A stretch of 64,000 bases of DNA, from contig JAJYOG010000001.1 in NCBI GenBank assembly GCA_021785935.1, forward strand, positions 192,743 through 256,742, read 5' to 3'. This DNA is from Actinomycetes bacterium (GTDB lineage: Bacteria > Actinomycetota > Thermoleophilia > BMS3ABIN01). A model generated the notes under the pieces. The model made no database searches, was not told the origin of the DNA, and was given only the letters and a program-made list of their open reading frames with translations. A program made the position numbers and the translations under genes. Position 1 is the stretch's first letter. Each line of letters opens with the position of its first letter. Shown here piece by piece: positions 56,029-64,000 of the stretch.

Positions 56029-57210
56029 ATGGCCATGTCCGGATCATCAGCTCTCATCTACAGCGACAGCTACATGGGCTACAATTTCAGCCCCTGGCAT
56101 CCCATGAAGCCGGAGCGCCTGCTCCTGACCGCCGAACTCGTAAAGGCGTACGGGCTTCAAGAATTTCCGAAGATGGAAATTGTCGAACCGCGCCTTGCGA
56201 CTGACGAAGAACTCCGGCTTGTTCACGATCAGGCTTACATCGACAAGGTGAGAGAGCTGAGCGGCCCGGACGCGGAAAAGACATATGCCCCGGGGTGGGG
56301 GCTGGGCACGGGAGATAACCCCGTCTTTTCTGGAATGCATGAGGCTTCCGCCACAATTGCCGGCGGTGCGCTCAAAGCCGCGCAATTGATCATGGAAGGA
56401 AATCTTGACCACGTCTTCCACATGGGCGGAGGGCTGCATCATGCCCAACGGGACCGGGCCTCCGGTTTCTGCATCTATAATGACGTGGCGCTGGCCGCCG
56501 CCTGGCTTCGGAAAACCTTCGAAGCCCGGGTACTTTATCTGGATTTTGACGCTCACCACGGCGACGGCGTACAGGCGGCGTTTCACGGCGACCCCAACGT
56601 CATGACCGTATCCTTCCACGAATCTGGCATGTATCTTTTCCCCGGAACTGGTTTTACCAGCGAAATCGGCGACGGCGAGGGCCGCGGCTATGCTGTCAAT
56701 CTGCCGCTTGCACCGGGCGCTTCGGACGACATCCTGCTCGAGGCATACGAGGAGCTGGTGCCGCCTCTGGCGCGTGCCTTTAAACCAGACATCATCATTA
56801 CCCAGGACGGTTGTGACGGCCACTGGAGCGATCCGCTGACTCATCTCGGCTACTCCCTGGCCGGTTTTGCCGAACTCAGCCGGCGTCTTCACAAGCTTGT
56901 GCATGAGGTCTCGGGAGGCCGCTGGCTGGCGAGTGGCGGTGGTGGCTACCAGGCGTACACGGTGGTCCCGCGGGCCTGGACTCGTCTAATGGCTGACATG
57001 ACCGAAGCCGAGCTGCCCGAAGCGCTACCGATCAGCTGGCGTGAGTTATGCGGCCGCTATGCTGATAACGAAGTGCCGCTAACTCTGACCGGTGACGATC
57101 CGCCTGAAGCCGATGCCGCCATCATTGAGAATGCCCGTAATCTCGCGCAAAAGGGTATCGAAGAGATCCGGAATTCAATCTTCCCTCTCACCGGCGCCGA
57201 AAATAGTTAA
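56029..57210 (+). CDS. Histone deacetylase-family protein (AcuC/acetoin utilisation-like deacetylase)
   Basis: GGLHHAQRDRASGFCIYNDVA, DFDAHHGDG, and FPGTG motifs. Confidence 0.88.
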   Translation: MAMSGSSALIYSDSYMGYNFSPWHPMKPERLLLTAELVKAYGLQEFPKMEIVEPRLATDEELRLVHDQAYIDKVRELSGPDAEKTYAPGWGLGTGDNPVFSGMHEASATIAGGALKAAQLIMEGNLDHVFHMGGGLHHAQRDRASGFCIYNDVALAAAWLRKTFEARVLYLDFDAHHGDGVQAAFHGDPNVMTVSFHESGMYLFPGTGFTSEIGDGEGRGYAVNLPLAPGASDDILLEAYEELVPPLARAFKPDIIITQDGCDGHWSDPLTHLGYSLAGFAELSRRLHKLVHEVSGGRWLASGGGGYQAYTVVPRAWTRLMADMTEAELPEALPISWRELCGRYADNEVPLTLTGDDPPEADAAIIENARNLAQKGIEEIRNSIFPLTGAENS

Positions 57211-57255
57211 GCCCAAACAGGAAACAGGCGCCTTTTTCTTCTATACTTACCGCTT

Positions 57256-58230
57256 GTGAGCAAATCATCCCTGGAAATAAAAGACTTGGCCGTCGATCTT
57301 TGTACCTCACTGCGAGAGATCGTGCTGCCTGAGATCGGCAAGGCATCGGCGCGTACTCATGCAGGCACTGCCGTTGGTGGCGACGTCACCTTTGGCATCG
57401 ATGAGCTGGCTGAAGATTTTCTGGTCAGCTTTATTAAAGATCTGGGCATCAGCATCGCGGTATATTCAGAAGACCGGGGTTTGATCCGGTTTGGAGCAGA
57501 TGAACCAGAACATGTGCTCATCGTCGATCCGGTGGATGGAACCCGTCCCGCAGCCGCGGGGCTGGAAGGCGCCATGGTGTCCGTGGCGGTAGCGGAACTG
57601 ACCGATGCCCCAACGATGGGCGACGTTGTATTTGGCTGTTTGAGCGAGATCAAGAGCGGCGCCACTTTCACCGCCGCCCGGGGAGAGGGCGTCAGGTTCA
57701 CTGCCGCCGATGGCGGACCGGCGCCGGTTATACTTTCCGAAAACAAGGATCTGGAAAAACTTTTTTGGACGATTGGTTTCCGGGGCCGCCCTGCGCGCGC
57801 TCTCATCGAGACCCTTGGGGACCTGGTTGACCTCTCATCCGTGGATGGAGGCGTCTTCGATCTGGGGAGCGCAACTTTTTCCATCACCCGCGTCCTGACC
57901 GGTCAACTCGACGCCTACATTGATGTAGGCCCCCGCATGATCGAGGACGTTCCTGATGTGCAAGTGCTATTCGAGCAGGTGGGCAAAGGCGCGGTGCTCA
58001 ATAATTCTCCTCATGATCTGGCCGCGGCCGGGCTCATTTGCCGCGAAGCCGGGGCAATCTTTGGTGACGGCTGGGGCAAACCGCTCGAGGAGCGGCTGCT
58101 CCTAGGCTCCGACCATTCTTTCCAGATGTCATGCATCGCCGCCGCAAATCAGGATCTTTTCGACGCTATCGTCCAGGCAGTTGACGACGGTATTGAAAAG
58201 CTTGCCGCTGAGTTTGGAAAACACCGCTAG
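57256..58230 (+). CDS. Inositol monophosphatase/FBPase-family protein
   Basis: VDPVDGT metal-binding motif and the downstream HDLAAAGLI (WDxAAG-like). GTG start. Confidence 0.7.
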   Translation: MSKSSLEIKDLAVDLCTSLREIVLPEIGKASARTHAGTAVGGDVTFGIDELAEDFLVSFIKDLGISIAVYSEDRGLIRFGADEPEHVLIVDPVDGTRPAAAGLEGAMVSVAVAELTDAPTMGDVVFGCLSEIKSGATFTAARGEGVRFTAADGGPAPVILSENKDLEKLFWTIGFRGRPARALIETLGDLVDLSSVDGGVFDLGSATFSITRVLTGQLDAYIDVGPRMIEDVPDVQVLFEQVGKGAVLNNSPHDLAAAGLICREAGAIFGDGWGKPLEERLLLGSDHSFQMSCIAAANQDLFDAIVQAVDDGIEKLAAEFGKHR

Positions 58231-58246
58231 CGGGAAGCTGGCAGGC

Positions 58247-59332
58247 ATGAAAGCGGCTGGCGATCCCTCATCCATGGAACCTAATCTTCACGAAGGATTA
58301 CTTTGGCAACCTCGCCCTGGCGGCAAGGTGCGCTGCGGGGTCTGTCCGCGCCTGTGCGTAATCGCCGAGGGCAAACTCGGTACCTGCAAGACCCGCACCA
58401 ATGTAGGCGGAAAGTGCTACACGCTCATTTATGATGAAGTTGTTTCCGTAGCGGCGGATCCGATTGAAAAAAAACCGTTGTTCCATTTTTACCCCGGGAC
58501 CACAGTGCTTTCGATTGGCACTCTTGGCTGCAATATGCGTTGCCTCCATTGCCAGAACTGGCAGATTGCCCACGCCGATGCCGTCGATGACGGCGAGCAG
58601 ATGCGCAAGCTGCCGGCGGCCAACCTGCCGCGGATAGCGATTCAAAATGACTGCGCCGGCGTCGCCTGGACCTACAACGAGCCCACAATCTGGCTGGAAT
58701 ATGCGTTAGAGGGCGCCAAGGCCTGTCACGATAACGATCTTTATACCGTTTTTGTTACAAATGGCTACATTACGCCCGAGGCGCTGGACATTATCGCACC
58801 GCATCTCGATGCCTACCGGGTCGATATCAAGGGGTTCAGGCCGGAGACCTACAAGTTCCTGGCGAAAGTACCCGATGTCGAGCCAATCTTCGCGGCGGCT
58901 ACGCGTGCCAAGAATGTGCACGGCTGTCATGTCGAGATTGTCACGAACGTTATCCCCACCGTCAATGACGATGAGGATACGCTGAGGTCGATAGCGGCCT
59001 GGATTGCCAGGGATCTGGGTGTCAAGACGCCATGGCACGTAACGCGGTTCTTTCCCTATCTTGAACTGTCGCACATTTCACCGACACCGATCGAAACGCT
59101 AGAGCGGGCGATTGCCATCGGCCGTGAAGAAGGGCTCAAATTTATCTACATCGGCAACGTCCCGGGGCACGAAGGTGAAAATACTGTCTGTCCCAATTGT
59201 AAGCGGGTAGTAATTAGGCGCGATGGCTATAGCCTGGGAAAAATTGATGTCCGGGAAGGTTATTGCGCCTTCTGTGGTGAAGATTTAAATATAATCCAGT
59301 CCGGAAAGAATACAGCCAAAGCCGATGGCTGA
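58247..59332 (+). CDS. AmmeMemoRadiSam-system radical SAM enzyme (PFL-activase-like)
   Basis: N-terminal CGVCPRLC...GTCKTR cluster, the radical SAM CNMRCLHCQNW, and WTYNEPT. Start ATG 58247 (58274 also possible). Confidence 0.8.
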   Translation: MKAAGDPSSMEPNLHEGLLWQPRPGGKVRCGVCPRLCVIAEGKLGTCKTRTNVGGKCYTLIYDEVVSVAADPIEKKPLFHFYPGTTVLSIGTLGCNMRCLHCQNWQIAHADAVDDGEQMRKLPAANLPRIAIQNDCAGVAWTYNEPTIWLEYALEGAKACHDNDLYTVFVTNGYITPEALDIIAPHLDAYRVDIKGFRPETYKFLAKVPDVEPIFAAATRAKNVHGCHVEIVTNVIPTVNDDEDTLRSIAAWIARDLGVKTPWHVTRFFPYLELSHISPTPIETLERAIAIGREEGLKFIYIGNVPGHEGENTVCPNCKRVVIRRDGYSLGKIDVREGYCAFCGEDLNIIQSGKNTAKADG

Positions 59333-59487
59333 AAATGCTCGGTTCAACGATTTGGCGTACCGGCCGATAGAAAGCCACCGGTGATCGCCGGGACCGGTTT
59401 AGATGTCTCTGCTTAAAAAACCGCCGCAGCGGCGACCCGAAGGGTCGCCCCGCGAAGCATCCAACAGTACACGCAGGAGGTTATTTT

Positions 59488-60726
59488 TTGCTGCAGGAAG
59501 TCCATGTAGGCCATAAATTTCTGGCCGATTACCAGAGCGTGGTCGTTCGTCCTCTGATTGAAGAGATTCGGGAGCTGGCGGAAGGGCTGAAGGGCGCCCG
59601 CGTGCTCCACATCAACGCAACCTCATTCGGCGGAGGCGTCGCCGAGATCCTGTATACCCTGGTGCCACTGATGCGCGACGTCGGCCTCGATGCCGAATGG
59701 CGCATCATTATGGCGGAGCAGGAATTCTATGAAGGCACCAAAATCACCCATAACGCCCTGCAGGGTAACGCCCTGGGCCTCGACGATTCCCAAAAAAAGA
59801 TCTACGAGGATAACAACCGCATGACCAGCGAATCGCTGGGCAAGGGCTTCGACTTCATCGTCGTTCACGATCCTCAGCCACTGATGCTGCGCCACTATGC
59901 GGGTGACCTGGGGGCCAAGTGGATCTGGCGTTGCCACATCGACACTTCCACACCAAACGAAGAAGTCGCGCAGTACCTTTTGCCATACATCCAGCTTTAT
60001 GACACGGCCCTGTTTACTCTGAAGGATTATGTTTTCAAAGGCCTGGAGATTCCAATCAAGGTGATCGCCCCGGCTATCGATCCGCTCTCGACCAAAAATA
60101 TGGCTCTTTCACCAGAGGATGCTGATTATGTTGTCAGCCAGTTTGGCGTCGAACCGGACCGGCCCTTGATGTTGCAGATCTCCCGTTTTGATCCCTGGAA
60201 AGATCCGCTGGGGGTCATCGATGCTTACAAGATCGTCAAAAAGGAATTTGCATCGGTGCGGCTGGCGCTGGTTGGCTCGATGGCTACCGATGACCCCGAG
60301 GGCTGGAGCTTCTTTACCAGAACCGTTGAGCATGCAGGCGATGACAGCGATGTGCTCATTCTTTCCAATCTAAACAACGTAGGTAATCTTGAGGTCAACG
60401 CCTTTCAGTCGCGGGCTGACGTCATCATACAGAAGTCGACCCGGGAGGGTTTCGGCCTCACCATTAGTGAGGCTCTCTGGAAAGCCAAGCCAACCATCGG
60501 CGGCAACGTCGGCGGCATTCCGTCGCAGATCGTTGACGGCAAGTCGGGCTACCTGGTGGATTCGGTCGAACAGTGCGCGGAAAGATGTATGTGGTTCCTG
60601 GATAACCCCAAGAAAGCCAAAGAAATGGGGCGGACGGGCAAGGAACATGTGCGCGCCAATTATCTGACGCCGAGGCTGCTGAGAGATTACCTGAAGCTGT
60701 TCACCGAGTTGAAGGCCAAGGGATAG
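59488..60726 (+). CDS. treT: GT4 glycosyltransferase, TreT-like trehalose synthase
   Basis: HINATSFGGGVAEILYTLVPLMRDVGLDAEWRII ... TKITHNALQG and the C-terminal EGFGLTISEALWK resemble TreT-type enzymes. TTG start with AGGAGG upstream. Confidence 0.6.
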   Translation: MLQEVHVGHKFLADYQSVVVRPLIEEIRELAEGLKGARVLHINATSFGGGVAEILYTLVPLMRDVGLDAEWRIIMAEQEFYEGTKITHNALQGNALGLDDSQKKIYEDNNRMTSESLGKGFDFIVVHDPQPLMLRHYAGDLGAKWIWRCHIDTSTPNEEVAQYLLPYIQLYDTALFTLKDYVFKGLEIPIKVIAPAIDPLSTKNMALSPEDADYVVSQFGVEPDRPLMLQISRFDPWKDPLGVIDAYKIVKKEFASVRLALVGSMATDDPEGWSFFTRTVEHAGDDSDVLILSNLNNVGNLEVNAFQSRADVIIQKSTREGFGLTISEALWKAKPTIGGNVGGIPSQIVDGKSGYLVDSVEQCAERCMWFLDNPKKAKEMGRTGKEHVRANYLTPRLLRDYLKLFTELKAKG

Positions 60727-60755
60727 GCCTTCGCCGGACCCGGCCGGGAGGAAGC

Positions 60756-62249
60756 ATGGAGCAGTGTCCTTTTGAAAACGAACTGATCCTCGTTTCAAAC
60801 CGGGGTCCGATTTCGTATAAGCGCGACCGGAACGGGGAGCTGATTACCGTCCGCGGCGGCGGCGGTTTGGTCACCGCGCTCCTGGGCGTTGCCGCTTCCT
60901 GTGAGATCACCTGGATTGCCAGCGCCATGACCGCCGAGGACACCGAGATCAGCATTCGCGTCGGCGGCGGCCGGACTACGGTTACACATGACGGCCACCA
61001 GCTGGGTCTTCGCTTCGTTGTCTCCGACCCCGAGGTCTACAACAAGTTCTACAACATCATCGCCAACCCCCTGATCTGGTTCATCCAGCATTATCTCTGG
61101 GACCTGTCGGTGGTGCCCGACATCAGGCGGAATGAGTTCGAAGCCTGGGAGAACGGCTACCAGGTTGTAAACCGTGAGTTTGCCGGCGCCGTCTGCGACG
61201 AGCTTGACGCCCGCGATAACGAGAGCCCGGTGGTCATGCTTCACGACTATCATCTTTATACATGCCCCAGCCTCGTGCGCGCGCGGCATCCAGAAGTTTT
61301 TCTGCACCAGTTTATTCACATCCCCTGGCCGCAATCGGATTCCTGGAGGGTTTTGCCGCGGCATATCCGTCAGGCGATCGTACGCGGCCTCTTGGCAAAC
61401 GATATTGTTGCTTTTCATACCCAAAGGTACGTGCGCAATTTTCTCGTGAGCTGCGAGGAGCTTTTGCGCGGGGAAGTTGAAATCGATTACGCGCGCGCGG
61501 CCGTCTTTGTGGATGGCCGGGAGGTCTGGGTTCGGGCTTACCCGATCTCCATCGATTGCGCCGATTTTGAGCGTCTGGCCGAAAGCGAACCGGTTCTTGA
61601 GGAAGAAAAGAGGATCGAAGAAATGCGCCGGGAGTATCTCGTTCTGCGAGTGGACCGAATGGACCTCTCCAAGAATATCGTTCGTGGCTTTAAGGCTTTT
61701 GACCTCTTCCTGGATGAGCATCCTGAATTCAAGCAGCGCATCACGTTCCTGGCGCTGCTGCAGCCATCCCGCGAGGATGTCAAGGAATACAATACCTACC
61801 GGGAAAAAATCATGCGCGTTGTGGAGGTCATCAATACCAAGCATGGCACCGCCAACTGGATGCCCATCGACGTGCGTATGCAGGACAACTTCATGCGTTC
61901 GGTTGCCGCATACAAGCAGTTCGATGTGCTGATGGTGAACGCGATCTACGACGGTATGAACCTGATTGCGAAGGAGGCCGGGCTCATCAACCGGCATGAC
62001 GGCGTGCTGATCCTGTCGGAGAATACAGGCGCCCATGAGGAGCTGGGCGACTTCTGCCTGTCGGTCAATCCCTTCGACCTGGAGAGCCAGGCACAGGCCA
62101 TCTACGAGGCGCTGACTATGGAAAAGGATGAAAAAAGCCGCCTGGCGGGTAAGATAAGGGAAACAGTCAAACATAATGACATCCAGAAATGGATTGAGAC
62201 GCAGTTTGTCGATATCAAGGCAAAGATGACAGAAAAGGCTGATGCCTGA
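60756..62249 (+). CDS. otsA: Trehalose-6-phosphate synthase (GT20)
   Basis: LILVSNRGP ... GGGLVTAL ... HDYHL ... DGMNLIAKE are GT20 signatures. Confidence 0.88.
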   Translation: MEQCPFENELILVSNRGPISYKRDRNGELITVRGGGGLVTALLGVAASCEITWIASAMTAEDTEISIRVGGGRTTVTHDGHQLGLRFVVSDPEVYNKFYNIIANPLIWFIQHYLWDLSVVPDIRRNEFEAWENGYQVVNREFAGAVCDELDARDNESPVVMLHDYHLYTCPSLVRARHPEVFLHQFIHIPWPQSDSWRVLPRHIRQAIVRGLLANDIVAFHTQRYVRNFLVSCEELLRGEVEIDYARAAVFVDGREVWVRAYPISIDCADFERLAESEPVLEEEKRIEEMRREYLVLRVDRMDLSKNIVRGFKAFDLFLDEHPEFKQRITFLALLQPSREDVKEYNTYREKIMRVVEVINTKHGTANWMPIDVRMQDNFMRSVAAYKQFDVLMVNAIYDGMNLIAKEAGLINRHDGVLILSENTGAHEELGDFCLSVNPFDLESQAQAIYEALTMEKDEKSRLAGKIRETVKHNDIQKWIETQFVDIKAKMTEKADA

Positions 62250-62300
62250 TCGCATTTGATGAATGAGTAATCGGATATGTAACTATCGAAGGGGGATGAC

Positions 62301-62669
62301 GTGATCAGCGACCTCATGGAAAAGGTTTTGTTGCTGGGAGTTGGAGCCGCCTCGCTTACCAAGGAAAAAGTCGACGAACTCACCGACGAGCTGGTTAAAA
62401 GAGGTCAGATGACCAGGGAAGAGGGCCAGGCTTTCATCAAGGAGGCTTCCGGGCGCGCGCAGGAAGAGGGCGCCAATATCAAGGAGATAGCTTCCGATGC
62501 TTACCAGGAGACGCTTCGGGCCATGGGAGTGGCTACCCGCGATCATGTAGACGATCTCGACCGGCGCCTGACAGTTCTGGAGGCCAAGGTCTACAGTAAA
62601 CCGCTACGGGTAGAAGAACCCCAGACCGGTTTTACGGTGACACCAACAGAAGAAGAAGAGCCTTCGTAA
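62301..62669 (+). CDS. Phasin-like protein (COG3937-type PHA granule-associated protein family)
   Basis: LLLGVGAASLTKEKVDELTDELVKRGQMTREEGQAFI and a C-terminal coiled-coil (LDRRLTVLEAKV). GTG start. Confidence 0.6.
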   Translation: MISDLMEKVLLLGVGAASLTKEKVDELTDELVKRGQMTREEGQAFIKEASGRAQEEGANIKEIASDAYQETLRAMGVATRDHVDDLDRRLTVLEAKVYSKPLRVEEPQTGFTVTPTEEEEPS

Positions 62670-62729
62670 CACCGGTTCGAGGGGCTGCTTCACGGATGGC
62701 GCCAGCCTCACGGGCGGCCTTTCTTATTG

Positions 62730-64000
62730 TCAGCCGGGAGCTCTCTCCTCTTTGGGAACCCGGAGCCGCGTCGGCGGCCAATTAATGCTGGTGTAATTGA
62801 TCTGATAATGCTCGTCAAGATCGGGCTGAAGAATATCCACGGTTAACTGGCCTTCCGCAAAGAGGACCACCGGCAGTTTTTCGGCGTCGATGTCCTGCCT
62901 CAACCCGTCCATCATGACAACCGCGTTTTCGTCACCGCGCTTGTATTTTTCCTCCCAGAGGAACGGGTCATAATAATCCAGGGTGACTGGCCGTTCAGCT
63001 TCAAGGGCATAGCACCCCGGAATAAGAACCGGCTGGCATTCAGTACTGCGATTATGGGTCTCGGCTACGATCGTGGCCACGTCACTGTCATTGCTGCGGA
63101 AGAAATAATCGCGGCTCTTGTCTACCAGGTTCGGCACCGCCACGACCAGCCAGACAGCAACAAACACAATTGGCACGATAGCGCCGCGCTCGGCAAGAGC
63201 TACGATTCCCCAGGCGGCAAGAACCGCTACGGCTGGCTCCGCCAGGAGGAAAAGATTGGTATCGTGACCTTCGGCCGGCAGGGTTCCCAAGACAGCCACG
63301 CCGGCCAGCAACCAGCCGACAAGCAGAAAAAGCCTTCCCTTGAGTTGTCCTCCAAGCTGCTCGCGCCGGTAAAGCGCCCGTCCGGCGAACCAGGCGCCGG
63401 CCCAGGCTGGGACCATGAGCGGCCAGTCCATCTGCCAGATACGGTGGAGGCTGCCGTAGAGGTTAACGAAGCTGAAACCCTTGCTGGTTTGGGCTCCCAG
63501 GATATCGTTCAGATAAGCGCTTCCGGTTATTATCTGCATAGCCAAAGCCGCAATAATGGAGCCGCCAAGAGCCACCAGGATAAATATCCAGGAATGCTTG
63601 CGCCGGAAAATCAGTACGTAAATCACACTGACCAGCAGGAATGGCAGGAAAGTCAGTTTGGTCAACGTCCCGAGGATACACAGGATGCCCGCCCCCGCCA
63701 TCGCCAGACGGGAGTTGCCAATCAGCAGCAAAATGACCAGCACCACGAGCAATGACACCAGGTAATCGTTGATATAGGACTTGGAAAAGAACAGCCCCAA
63801 GGGAGCAAAAAGCGTAATCACTCCGGCGACAGCCGCCAGTTTACCATTGGCTGTTATCCTGAACGCGAGTCGCCAGACCGCGGTGCCCAGTCCCGCGATA
63901 AGCAGAAGAATAAAAATACGGAAGGGCAGTACCCCGGCGCCAAGTTTGGCCAGCGGTGCGCCAACCAGGAACAGCAGTGGTGGGTGGGCAACCAGAAAAT
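62730..64000 (-). CDS. GT-C (family 39/ArnT-like) membrane glycosyltransferase, N-terminus beyond the window
   Basis: The frame stays open past the internal Met at 63821 to the window edge. Polytopic protein with a soluble C-terminal domain. Confidence 0.7.
   Translation of the reverse strand, partial: FLVAHPPLLFLVGAPLAKLGAGVLPFRIFILLLIAGLGTAVWRLAFRITANGKLAAVAGVITLFAPLGLFFSKSYINDYLVSLLVVLVILLLIGNSRLAMAGAGILCILGTLTKLTFLPFLLVSVIYVLIFRRKHSWIFILVALGGSIIAALAMQIITGSAYLNDILGAQTSKGFSFVNLYGSLHRIWQMDWPLMVPAWAGAWFAGRALYRREQLGGQLKGRLFLLVGWLLAGVAVLGTLPAEGHDTNLFLLAEPAVAVLAAWGIVALAERGAIVPIVFVAVWLVVAVPNLVDKSRDYFFRSNDSDVATIVAETHNRSTECQPVLIPGCYALEAERPVTLDYYDPFLWEEKYKRGDENAVVMMDGLRQDIDAEKLPVVLFAEGQLTVDILQPDLDEHYQINYTSINWPPTRLRVPKEERAPG

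Noticed and set aside
56047-56904. 285-aa minus-strand ORF
   Set aside because: It is antisense to the HDAC-family gene, which has unmistakable motifs.
59431-59449. Hairpin GGCGACCC GAA GGGTCGCC between the radical SAM gene and the treT-like gene
   Set aside because: It lies about 100 nt downstream of the stop, has an 8-bp stem and lacks a U-tract. It could be a weak terminator but is not convincing enough to list as a feature.
60795-62255. 486-aa ORF on the minus strand, nearly as long as otsA
   Set aside because: It is exactly antisense to the GT20 otsA gene, which has clear family motifs. Its translation is low-complexity, His/Arg/Pro/Gly-rich, with no recognisable domain. This is a typical shadow ORF of a GC-rich gene.
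63054-63755. 233-aa plus-strand ORF
   Set aside because: It is antisense to the polytopic GT-C gene. The translation is hydrophilic and low-complexity with no motifs.

Overview
A 64 kb stretch of a moderately GC-rich bacterial chromosome. By eye I found no rRNA, tRNA, transposase or integrase. Lineage is unknown; PhoP-type PHO boxes, an MprAB/PepD-like triad and rpsF-ssb-rpsR-rplI-dnaB synteny suggest a Gram-positive-type (Actinomycetota/Bacillota-like) organism, but that is inference only.

Layout:
(1) 1-15.3 kb is a phosphate-limitation locus. It holds an OmpR/PhoB-type response regulator, pstS, pstCAB-phoU and a PhoR-like kinase, interleaved with GT-C-type membrane glycosyltransferase-like genes and a bulb-type mannose lectin. 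It also holds three paralogous ~81-86 aa winged-helix-like proteins of unknown function. Five promoter-proximal arrays of 11-nt-phased TTCACC/TTAACC direct repeats (PHO-box-like) sit in front of pstS, pstC and all three small paralogs.
(2) 15.3-18.2 kb holds housekeeping genes on the minus strand: ZIP transporter, YjbQ, PAP2 phosphatase, DUF3343, SAM hydroxide adenosyltransferase.
(3) 18.3-38.5 kb is an accessory/defense island. It has a small PD-(D/E)XK-like protein and a BrnT/BrnA-like toxin-antitoxin pair. It also has a complete type I-B-like CRISPR-Cas locus (30 identical 37-nt repeats, 29 spacers; cas8b-cas7-cas5-cas3-cas6-cas1-cas2-cas4, all minus strand, effector genes visibly AT-richer). 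The rest of the island is a DUF1016 nuclease, an MNT gene with a decayed HEPN partner, VapBC, an AAA+ ATPase with a C-terminal nuclease motif, a YecA/SEC-C protein and an AbrB-PIN pair.
(4) 38.5-64 kb is core genome: rpsF-ssb-rpsR-DUF2232-rplI-dnaB, pabB-pabC, gmd plus an Rmd-like reductase, ddl and a second two-component system with HtrA. It continues with an AcuC-like deacetylase, an IMPase-like protein, two radical SAM enzymes, treT-otsA, a phasin-like protein and another GT-C gene running off the window.

The most novel-looking signal is the PHO-box-linked family of three small winged-helix-like paralogs and the adjacent cluster of zinc-ribbon, truncated HMGL-like, mannosyltransferase-like and lectin genes. 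All product calls rest on motif recognition by eye; no database search was possible.
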